Assembly (NCBI GenBank): GCA_964016885.1
Contig: OZ024754.1
Span: 29,698,001 to 29,762,000, forward strand
Source of the DNA: Eledone cirrhosa
Lineage: Eukaryota
Direction: 5' to 3'
DNA: 64,000 nucleotides
Each line of letters opens with the position of its first letter. Within the stretch, counting starts at the first letter, position 1. Shown piece after piece: positions 38,161 to 49,599 of the stretch. The notes below the pieces were generated by a model. It did no database searches. It worked only from the letters and a program-made list of their open reading frames with translations, and had not been told where the DNA came from. The translations under genes were made by a program, and so were the position numbers.

Positions 38161-38506
38161 TACATGCAGCCGCAAGAAATCGAGTAGAAGACATGTGTGT
38201 ACGTGTGTGCATACATGTGTACACGTGTATGTGTAAAAGTGTAGACGTGCATCCTTATAATTAATATGTAATAATTGAGTGTATTTTGTTATGTATTTTG
38301 CATTGAAACTTATGACCAATAAAAGGAAAAGCTAATAATCGATGGTGTAGAGTGGTAGTTTGGGTAGCTAGCTCCCCCGTCTCTAAGGTATGATACTGAG
38401 TTGTAAATATATAAACCTTTACTTAGTTGTTAATGCGCTTCTTGTAAATAAACCTGTTTTGTTGTTAAAGTAGGTAGAGTATGAATAAGCAGCAATATAC
38501 CAACTA

Positions 38507-38547
<41 letters not shown>

Positions 38548-38566
38548 GACACATATATATATATAG

Positions 38567-38599
<33 letters not shown>

Positions 38600-38617
38600 G
38601 ACACATATATATATATA

Positions 38618-38710
<93 letters not shown>

Positions 38711-38732
38711 ATCTATATATCTGTGTTTGTGT

Positions 38733-39850
38733 CACCATCACAGTTATCACCATCACAGTTATCACCATCATAGTTATCACCATCACAGTTATCTCCATCA
38801 CAGTTATCTCCATCACAGTTATCACCATCACAGTTATCACCATCACAGTTATCACCATCACAGTTATCACCATCACAGTTATCACCATCACAGTTATCAC
38901 CATCAAAGTTATCACCATAACAGTTATCACCATCACAGTTATCACCATCATAGTTATCACCATAACAGTTATCCCCATCACAGTTATCACCATCACAGTT
39001 ATCACCATCACAGTTATCACCATCACAGTTATCACCATCACAGTTATCACCATCACAGTTATCCCCATCACAGTTATCACCATCACAGTTATCTCCATCA
39101 CAGTTATCACCATCACAGTTATCACCATCACAGTTATCACCATCACAGTTATCACCATCACAGTTATCACCATCACAGTTATCACCATCAAAGTTATCAC
39201 CATAACAGTTATCACCATCACAGTTATCACCATCATAGTTATCACCATAACAGTTATCCCCATCACAGTTATCACCATCACAGTTATCCCCATCACAGTT
39301 ATCACCATCACAGTTATCTCCATCACAGTTATCTCCATCACAGTTATCACCATCACAGTTATCTCCATCACAGTTATCACCATCACAGTTATCTCCATCA
39401 CAGTTATCACCATCACAGTTATCTCCATCACAGTTATCACCATCATAGTTATCTCCATCACAGTTATCACCATCATAGTTATCACCATAACAGTTATCAC
39501 CATCACAGTTATCACCATCACAGTTATCACCATCACAGTTATCACCATAACAGTTATCACCATCACAGTTATCACCATCACAGTTATCACCATCACAGTT
39601 ATCTCCATCACAGTTATCACCATCATAGTTATCTCCATCACAGTTATCACCATCATAGTTATCACCATAACAGTTATCACCATCACAGTTATCACCATCA
39701 CAGTTATCTCCATCACAGTTATCTCCAACACAGTTATCACCATCATAGTTATCTCCATCACAGTTATCTCCAACACAGTTATCACCATCACAGTTATCTC
39801 CATCACAGTTATCACCATCACAGTTATCACCATCACAGTTATCATCAGAA
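38733..39850. repeat. 15-bp minisatellite (ATCACCATCACAGTT)n, ~74 units
   Basis: Directly visible, with recurrent single-base variants. It decays at the right edge to ~39905. Confidence 0.97.
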
Positions 39851-41454
39851 CAATTATCACCATCGTAGTTTTCACCGTCATAGTTATCAACGATATTGTT
39901 GTCAACGTCTTATATCCCACGTATTTATGTTTTATGTGAAAAACTGAAAAACAAATGTTCAATAGATGACAACCTATAGGTTTAATATCTCTCTAACATT
40001 CCAATATGTCGTATGTTTACAATAATAATATATATTTCATGTTCGATTCCCTTAAGAATAACTACAGCTTTTTAAATGCCTGTTGGCGACTGCGGTTGAT
40101 GAAGTTATTCATCCAGTTTCTACAAAAATTATAGATGATGCGAATAAATATAGCTTGATTGAGAAGAAGCTAATAACTGAAAAAAAATGTGTAAACTAAT
40201 TTCATCATTTCTAAGGAAGGTATCATTTCCGTTTGATGCTGAAGCTATATGTTGTTCTTTGACCAACATTGATCTTGACAATGAATATTTACCGTGTTAA
40301 GAGCATCTAAACACTATCAGCAAAAGTTAATTGATTTGAAATATTTGATTAAATCTATAAAGTAAAGATGCCAAATGCGATGATATTGCTTCAGATTAGC
40401 TTTAACCTCTGCTGTTGCTATAGAATTTACAGATGCTTAAAGTAACAACGTACAACACTACCACACAATTTGGTTGTTCATATTCTGTCATCGACTCAGC
40501 GTTATGTCTACCGTGGTAAAGATGTTTAACTATCAAGCACTCAGTCATATCTATAAATTGATATGACTGAACGTTTCCCTAAATAAATACCAGGTATTGA
40601 CTGACTTTCCTTTTTGCATTTGTTGCTAAAGAAACCTGAAGTGTCCTCGGTCCCTGGACAGGCATTTTCCTCTGCAAAACTGGGGGCAGGGCATCACGCC
40701 AAAGAAAGGAATCCCATGAAACGGAGTAGCTAATGCAAGCCGGTATCGCTGTCTGTTCACCGTGACAAATATTTCGTCATTTTGTCCGCCGCGGGGAAGA
40801 GGTAAGATATACCAACTAGCCAATGTTATAGACTATGTTACCTCCCCCTATTTTCGTTGTTCATTCTTTTCCGTTTTTTAATTTTTTCTTTCTTGGTTTT
40901 CATTATGATATTGTAAATAATTAAGTCAAGAAATATTCTTTTGTTTCATATATATGATTTGCCTCAACTTTTGTCTTTTCCAGGTCTTTTAAAAATGTAC
41001 ACTCTAGTACTTGGGTCGATTCACCCTATCTATCTCTTTCTTACATCTCTTCTCTTACTCTCTTTGTCCTTCTCTGGGAAAAATCTGCTATGTTCAGACT
41101 TGGAGACGGGATGGACTCTGCAAAATTTTGTAAATGCCCACCACATAGTGTATGTCTCTATGGTGGCCCCTACGATTCCATCATGAGTTTTACACACATG
41201 AATACTAATATTCAAATTTCACGTACAAGACATTAGTGAAGTCTAGGCTATGATAGAAATCAATTACCTACGGCAAAATGCCAACTAGTTACACTGAAGA
41301 CGAAATAAAACGGTTGCAAACCAAACTCCCTAACCACATAGTCATGCCTATATAAAAACAAACTAGATATTTCTATCACCATAAAAAAAATACTTCTTTA
41401 AATAGTCAATTCAGAGCAATAGAAGTATGTACTTGCATACCTGAACGTATGGTT

Positions 41455-41705
41455 GTGAGATGGGGTGAGGTGTGGTGGTGGAGGTGTGGGGAGGTGTGGT
41501 GGCGGTGGAGGTGTGTGGGGGTGGCGGTAGTGGAGATGGGAGATGTTAGTGGAGATGGGGGGGTGTTGGTGGAGATGGGGGATGTGCAGTGATGGAGATG
41601 AGGTGACGTGTGGTGGTGGGAGATGGGGGAGGTGTGGTGGTGGAGATGGGGGGCTGTGCAGTGGTGGAGATGAGATGAGGTGTAGTTGGGGTGAGGTGAG
41701 GGTGA
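41455..41705 (+). repeat. G-rich low-complexity repeat (GGTGGAGATGGGG-like)
   Basis: Degenerate tandem units with multiple G3-G6 runs. Confidence 0.8.
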
Positions 41706-41992
41706 GTCTACAGCCGAATCTTGTCTGAGTTAACAGGAATAATTTCCGGAATTACAACAATGAATATGTAGGATCAGTGAGGGTCACACTATTTATAAAC
41801 CAATAGGTGCTTTAAAAACATTTTCATATAACCAATGAACCATTGTATATATATGTATATATACATACACATACACACACAGACATATATATATATATAT
41901 ATATATGCGTGCGTTTCTCTGTGTACGTGTATGTATGCAATATATATATATATATATATATATATAAGCGTGCGTTTCTCTGTGTGTGTGTA

Positions 41993-42079
<87 letters not shown>

Positions 42080-42096
42080 ATATATATATATATATG

Positions 42097-42190
<94 letters not shown>

Positions 42191-42209
42191 CATATATATA
42201 TATATGTAT

Positions 42210-42263
<54 letters not shown>

Positions 42264-42483
42264 CGTTTCTGAATTTGTTTAGCAAGATTCTTTATCTGAA
42301 ATCGTGTGTTGAAACCGATATTGTTATAATTTGGGAGGGTCATGTTGCCAATGAGAAACACACGCACCAGTTGCTTTCACTTCAATTTATTATATATTTA
42401 TAAATTTATAAGTTTACAAATCTACAAATTTATAAATTTCCGGTTGGTTGGTTGGTTCCACAACCAGATAGTTGTTTATATAT

Positions 42484-42528
42484 AGTCATAGTCCTTTCGT
42501 CACACACTCTGTGACCTCTTCAGTGACT
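42484..42528 (-). ncRNA. Minimal hammerhead ribozyme motif
   Basis: Reverse complement: AGTCA CTGAAGA G GTCACA GAGTG TGTGAC GAAA G GA C T A TGACT; predicted triplet CUA. Confidence 0.78.
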
Positions 42529-43462
42529 GGGGATTCCTTTCTTTGTTTCTGTGCCTTTCCTTTCTTCTGTCCTACGCCATTTTGTTTCTGTGTGTGTGTT
42601 ATCGGCTCAGTTTGCGCATGCGCCACATCCGGGTGTCTGTGTGTGTTTGTGTTCATTTATCTATTTGTTTATTTATTTACATGTTGTTGGTTGGTTGTTT
42701 GTTCTATGTGTGTGTGTGTTTTCATTTTGTCATTAATTGTAAGTTGTGATGTTGCTGTTCCACTCATATTTTCTATTTAATTTTGGTTGTAATTCTTTTA
42801 TGTTTACTGTCTCTGTAATTTGTCTAAACATTGCATCTTTTCTGTGTGTAGATTCTATTTTTATTTCTATGTTCTCTAATTTACCCTTGTGTTCTATCTT
42901 AGCATGTTGGTAGAGTACAGATGGTTCTTTATTATCTTGAAGGTCTCGCCAGTGTTCATTTATCCGTTCCCCTATACTACGCCAGTGTTCATTTATCCGT
43001 TCCCCTATTCGTAGTATAGGGGAACGGATAAATGAACACTGGCGAGACCTTCAAGATAATAAAGAATCATCTGTACTCTACCAACATGCTAAGATAGAAC
43101 ACAAGGGTAAATTAGAGAACATAGAAATAAAAATAGAATCTACACACAGAAAAGATGCAATGTTTAGACAAATTACAGAGGCAGTAAACATAAAAGAATT
43201 ACAACCAAAATTAAATAGAAAATATGAGTGGAACAGCAACATCACAACTTACAATTAAGGACAAAATGAAAACACACACACACATAGAACAAACAACCAA
43301 CCAACAACATGTAAATAAATAAACAAATAGATAAATGAACACAAACACACACAGACACCCGGATGTGGCGCATGCACAAACTGAGCACACAACACACACA
43401 CAGAAACAAAATGGCGTAGGACAGAAGAAAGGAAAGGCACAGAAACAAAGAAAGGAATCCCC

Positions 43463-43507
43463 AGTCACTGAAGAGGTCACAGAGTGTGTGACGAAAGGAC
43501 TATGACT
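43463..43507 (+). ncRNA. Minimal hammerhead ribozyme motif
   Basis: AGTCA CTGAAGA G GTCACA GAGTG TGTGAC GAAA G GA C T A TGACT. Differences from the 4774 copy fall in loops, the H17 position and the outer end of helix I. Confidence 0.8.
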
Positions 43508-43679
43508 ATATATAAACAACTATCTGGTTGTGGAACCAACCAACCAGAAATTTATAAATTTGTAGATTTGTAAACTTATAAATTTATAAATATATAATAA
43601 ATTGAAGTGAAAGCAACTGGTGCGTGTGTTTCTTATTGGCAACATGACCCTCCCAAAGTATAACAATATATATATATAT

Positions 43680-43868
43680 AGTAATAATAATAAATTTGAA
43701 GACTAAAATCAAAATAAGACTCGATAAGGATAAATATATATCAAATATATAAGAACCGTAGAGCAAATATTTATTAAAATAGCAGATTAAATTTTAAGCA
43801 AAGGTTAGTTTCAGAAGATCTCGTTAAGGGTGAAAGCAGCGATTCTTTGCTTAAACTTTAATCTGTTA

Positions 43869-43875
<7 letters not shown>
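43680..43875. mobile_element. PLE-2 (Naiad-like) miniature inverted pair of pLTR ends
   Basis: 43680-43803 is the reverse complement of 57251-57374. 43804-43875 is a plus-strand copy of the ribozyme segment. (TA)n flanks both sides. Confidence 0.85.
43807..43857 (+). ncRNA. Variant hammerhead ribozyme motif with CAGA core
   Basis: AGTTT-CAGAAGA-TCTC-GTTAA-GGGT-GAAA-GCAG-CGATTCT-TTGC-T-T-AAACT: helices I, II and III around a CAGANGA/GAAA core. Confidence 0.62.
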
Positions 43876-43907
<32 letters not shown>

Positions 43908-44256
43908 GGGATAACAGGTTATCGTTGTAGGCAGTCCACTTAGATCTTAGATGTAGACCAACTAGAGTACTCCGTGTAGTGGATGGTATTAACGTATGGC
44001 TTAGTTTGACTCAACAATACGTTTCCATAGTGATGCTGCGAGTTCGGGGTGATTACTATGTAGCTTATACTTGCAGTAATAATAGTTCAAGAAATAAGAG
44101 TGACATGGTTTGCTATATAATAAGGGCTTTATTCACATTGCTGACAATTGTTTCTTTGATCTGGTAGGTTTCGCTTGGTGTTGCGTCAATCAGTCTCCAA
44201 TACTTTGTTTATAACCAATCGTTGCATACATACACAGACAGAGAGAAATGCACGCA

Positions 44257-44311
<55 letters not shown>

Positions 44312-44364
44312 ACTGTGTGTTCATTGGGCGTTCATTTATATGTTTGTTTATCCAGTGGATAAGA

Positions 44365-44512
44365 GGAATTGGCAGTGTTGTTAGAGCGACGGATAATGTG
44401 CTCCGGTAATAGTTTCTGGTTTCTGTCGGCTGGGGTCAAATCCCGCTGAGGTCAACTTTACGTTTCATCGTTTTGTGATCGATAAATAAATAAAGTACCA
44501 GTTGAGGGGTCG
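44365..44512 (+). mobile_element. SINE (tRNA-derived head, Deu/Nin-like domain), diverged
   Basis: TGGCAG...TTAGAGCG; GGTCAAATCCCGC; CAACTTTACGTTTCATCGTTTTGTGATCGATAAA...GTACCAG. Homologous to the copies at 47900 and 53772. Confidence 0.65.
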
Positions 44513-45517
44513 GTGAGTTGGCTGACTCTTAAAGATTCAGACAGGAGATTTATGGCATCTGATCCAACCCTGTGCATTGTGAGTTCAAGCTCCACCTCAC
44601 TTTTTTTTCCATAAATTGAGACAAGTAGATACTAACAGCAACAAAATGACCAATCGACTCATTGCATGACGTTTAGCTACTTTCCTTTCATTTTGAAACT
44701 TTTGGTGCCCTTGGCCTTAGGATCACCTGCCTACTCACCCCCATCAGCACGGAGTTGGCTACCCGCAGGTGTGAGCCTCGCAAGCTGGAATGGCTCTTCC
44801 AACGTGTCTCCCTCACCATCCTCCAGGGAAATGCCTTCTCCATTCTGTCCGCCGGGGCTGCAGGGTGGTCAGCGCGTGGGCTTCCATTTGTATATAATAG
44901 GGAGAGACGGGGAGAGTGAGAGAGACGGAGACAGAGAGTGAAAGAAAGAAAGAGAACATCAACGCACATCTGACGAGATGTCAAAAATGAATCGGGACCC
45001 GTCACCTTGATTGGACCCTCAGGTTATTGATATCGATACAATTGTAATATGCAAAAAAGTTTGTATATATGCTGCAACACTGACTTCAACTCTTTTAAAT
45101 CTATTTACATTCTGCACACTACAGACGTAATACTGGAATACAACCCACATGAAGTGGATACACGTGTTTGTGGAATACACAACCAACTACTTGCACGTTA
45201 ACTTCATAAACAGGCTGTATATTTTTGATTGAAAATCTGGAGCACATTTTACTGAAAGCGAGGAAGATCCATTCAACTTTGCAATACAATCAATTAGTCG
45301 GTTTTCTATTGTTATAACCATTGTAATATATATTCTAAATGATATCTGTCTCACTTGTTGAAGTGTTGAACATGAGCCAGATCCAATATCGGAGAGGTCA
45401 TATACGTTGTAACATAATAACAATGTCTATTGTAGCATTTTGTAATGGCATTTCGAAATATTCGTTCGTCTAACAAAGAATGTATATTATGTAAGTTTAT
45501 TCAATATGAGCTCAATA

Positions 45518-45621
<104 letters not shown>

Positions 45622-47269
45622 CACCTCAATATATTATAAAATATATTTATATGATATGTATATATACGCATATATATATAATCTGAGTTTTTCGAATATT
45701 AGTAATAACATTCGATTCGTTTGCAATTATGCAAACAAGCCTCAATTTGATAGCCATGTCAGTAGAATGAACACTTCATTCTTGCTCTTGGGTTATATTT
45801 ATATACATATATATATATAAGTGAAGAATAACATGCTTAACTGTACAGACAAGGGGATTCATTTACAGTCTAACAATTGTTTCCATGATAGAGTTGTCTA
45901 TAAATTGCTAAACAATGGTGACAGCATAATTCAATTTAAAATACATATAACTTCAATCATTTCATCAGAAACTGATAAGAAATACAAAATTACTACATCA
46001 ATAATAGTATTAATGATAAAGAAATAAAGGAAGTGTGACAGATGGAAATGAGAGAGAAAGAAAGAAAATGACGAAAGAAGGAACGAAAATATAGTTAAAT
46101 GTGTAACCGGCAAAGTTACGAAATCAAACTATCACATCAAAATAAATATAATATTAATAATAAAGAGAGGATGAGAGAGAAATTTTGAAATTACATGGAC
46201 GTATTCAGTCACCATATACAAATACTTCATACACAATAACTTTCTATACATTCTTGCAAGAAAAAAAAAAAAAAAGTTATGAAAATTAAGAAAACCTAGA
46301 AATGTTTGCAATATTCGTATTCAGAGCTTTTCAGTTCGCAAGAATACATTGACTGCTGTAATTGGAATCGCTTATGTCTGGGAAGTTTCTATTCCATAAC
46401 AATCTTTCCATTCTGTGTATTTATCTGGCACTGATTGCACCTAAACTTCCAAACATCCTTTTCCATAAAGATGACTTATACGTGTATTCTGAAAATTGAA
46501 TTTTATATAATTTTTGTTTAACCTTTTACTGTACTAAAAGTTTTTTTATAGATATTTCTAAAGAAATATGTTTCTAAATTATTTTCAGTTTTTTGTCTTC
46601 ATTTGCAAAGATGTATATTTTCAATAGTATATATTTATGTAATAAAATGATGAGATGAATTTTTCAAACATTACTAAGGTGAGTTACTCTGAGGACGAAT
46701 TAACTCCTTCGAAATATATTTTAAATAGAAACATAAGATAATTAGTTTCCTATGTATTTTATGCGAAATATTATTTTGCTGTCAACTGATGTTATTTCGT
46801 TCTATGTGGTCTCTTGGAACTCCTGCTAATTGGTAAATAGCTAATTATTTTACCAGAAATGTATGTTCTAGAAAGAAAAACATTATTTTCTGTTTTAAAT
46901 TAATGTTTACTTCAATATTTTCATGAAAGTTTACTAATAAACTAAACTTTCACTTAACCGATTTTCTCAACAGAATTTCTCAGAAATGTTATTCATATAA
47001 TTTATGAACTGTTGCATTTTGAGTCTTGATCTAATCTTTCCTTATTCTAATATATGCCTGTTAACTACTTCACCATATTGTATACATAATGAAATGTTAA
47101 TTACGTAATATTTAAATGACATAACACATTATCTCACTACATTCCTGGAGCTCAGGTTGTTGACCTCCTCATGATGACTGCTTGAAACAGATCACTGATC
47201 TTACACCTCCTCAATTTGGCGAAAGACAAAAATGTGAGATGACAAAATTCATACGCAAGAAGTAGATTA

Positions 47270-47600
47270 AATCTCTAATTCAATATATCTTTCCAAACTG
47301 ACGACAAATTTTACTACTGGCTCCAGAATAGGTCTATGATCGGATATTCCTTTCGCAAGAATATCCATGATCACACTATGTAATGTAACCATGTTTAAGA
47401 CGGTAGAAGGTGATTTAAGTGAAACTTGGTTACTATTTCCAGCAATGTGGAAGGTCAATTAACGGTTCCTTGGCTGGTCCGTAATGCATTGATATTAATG
47501 AAAACAAAAGTTCCCTCTAAGATATTAAGACGATTGATCTTGTCTTCATACTCAGACTCATATTCTGTCGTTAAGGTTACCCTTCAAAAGCGGGTCATAA
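47270..47600 (-). pseudogene. Possible highly decayed LINE AP-endonuclease fragment
   Basis: GISDHRPI resembles the terminal SDH motif, and an upstream LLKGNLNDR resembles GDFNAR. The match is weak. Confidence 0.3.
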
Positions 47601-47899
47601 CAAATGACCAAGGCTCCTGCTATTCCTAATCAACCCCTACATCTGTAGTAGCCTTCTCAAAAATCTGACTGGTCCCAGAAGTTCAGCCTTTTACAGCAAC
47701 TTAATATATATTTCAACATAAACTATTTGAATTTAATTGTTCACCATCATTGTCACCTGCAGAACCAGCAACGACAGGAATGGTCTCCAATCTCATTAAT
47801 TCCCAAATTCTCTTTATTTCCTGTTTCAGGGCATGATATTATGGTGGTGGTGTTATTGTTGTTATCATTATTGTTGTTATCATTATTATTTACTAAAAG

Positions 47900-48140
47900 G
47901 GCGGTGGATTTGCAGTATCGGGAGAACGTCGGCCAACATGCTGCTTTGTGGCATGTAGTTATGGCCCTTTACTACTTTCTGAGTTCAAATCCCACCGAGG
48001 TTAAATTTGCCTTTCATCCTTACGGGGTCGATAAAATAAAGCACCAGTAATGTACTGGGGTCGATTTAATCGACTTTCCATCCTGCCCCACGAAACAATA
48101 TATATATTGTTGGCCTTGTGCCTAAATCAGAAACCATTAT
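47900..48140 (+). mobile_element. SINE (tRNA-derived head, Deu/Nin-like domain)
   Basis: B-box GAGTTCAAATCCC followed by TTTGCCTTTCATCCTTACGGGGTCGATAAAATAAAGCACCAG, repeated at 53840-53925. Confidence 0.78.
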
Positions 48141-49599
48141 TTCAGTAATGTCTGTGATATTTTAGATTCGATATGCAAATGAACAACCAGGTGGAAAGTT
48201 ACCAAAAGGTCATCTGAGAATAAGATAAAACCAACAAATTTTAACAAGCAAAGAAAAAAATAGAAAAAATACTTCGTAAGTGCGAAGAAACCACTTCCAG
48301 TTCAACTATATAATGACATTAAGATTCATTTGATAACGAAGAATGGCTGCTAAAAAAAAAAATAAAAAAAAGTAAATTTTATAGCAGACCTGAGAACTGA
48401 AGTGAAAGTAGTATTAATAAGTATAAAATTGCGCATGAATAAAGAAAGCAGAAACGTGTAAGATTTTATAGAATGAGCAGAGAGAACATCATAAAAAAGA
48501 AATAACTAAATTTGAAAAAGCGAAACTTTTGTCGTAGTACCTATAATGATAATAAAGCAGCCAAAGATCAACATGGAGAGACTGAAATTATATAGAAGAA
48601 AACAACATTCGTTAGAGTAGGTGTTTCACAGATAACTAAATGGAAGCATGGAATTTTGTGTGTGAATAATTCTCTCACACTGAATTTCGGGTCTTTGAAT
48701 TATCTTTAATATCTCTCTCTCTGAGTATTTTTCATAGTAACGTATATATTTATAAAGATTTATTCAACTAAAGCTACTTACTAATATACTATCTTTTGTA
48801 CAAATATTTTTACAAATGTTTCTGTTACATTCTATCCCGTTGTCATTGTTAATCTACATCTTCTGAAAATTTCAAGCTGTTATCAACATTTATATTCATT
48901 ATACTCATTATATATTACTTCTATAATACTGAACAACTAAGAAACATCTATGTGATTGCTCGCTCTGCTAAAAGTAACTGTTAAGTCACTTTCAAATCTC
49001 ACACTAATGTCGTAAAAAGGAAGGGCATGTTGCACATTGTTATCATAAATATACAAATAATATAATCTTCATCCATTGCGAATATATAATCATGAATATA
49101 GATAAACGTATAGTTAAAGATTTGAAGGTCAATATGAACATATGAAAAGCTTCCTACGAGTCGTACAATGACAGACTCACTTAAGAGTCGTTATGAAAGC
49201 AACAAAACTGGCATTTAATGCAAGCAAAGTCACCAGCAAACAAAATCTCTGGGAAAGAAAAATATTTACACCTCATATATAAATATCTGAATAATTCTTC
49301 TGTAAAACGTGCTTCATATAATATTATGGAGAATCTAAAAACATAGTAAACATCACTCGTAAAATGGCGACGAATTATAAAACAAACGTAAACCAGCACA
49401 AGTAAAATTAATCTCTACAAAAAAGGGAAAGAAGAAAAATAGTAAAAGAAGCAAAATTAGTGATTCAGTGCCTTTTAATGGTAATGATAATATTCTCTTA
49501 CAGACACTAATGAGGATCAGAAATGGACACCGTCATCATCATCATACATGTATGTATGTATGTATGTATGTATGTATGTATGTATGTATGTATGTATGT

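Larger units (their letters stand above)
42261..43668. mobile_element. PLE-1 subfamily: inverted pair of 3' fragments (~0.7-kb arms) in (TA)n
   Basis: 42261-~42990 (-) and ~43010-43668 (+) are both homologous to 4320-5027. A short duplication lies at the centre (42948-43008). Confidence 0.93.

Noticed and set aside
38733-39850. CRISPR-like array
   Set aside because: Contiguous tandem units without unique spacers, in a eukaryotic context.
38430-39962. His-rich (HHHSY)n or (VMVIT)n structural protein
   Set aside because: The frames begin or end in microsatellite, with no signal peptide or splice support. A 15-bp unit is stop-free in most frames by default.
46684-46725. Hammerhead-like CTGAGGA...TTCGAAATATAT
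   Set aside because: Helices I and III do not pair convincingly, and there is no second copy in the window.
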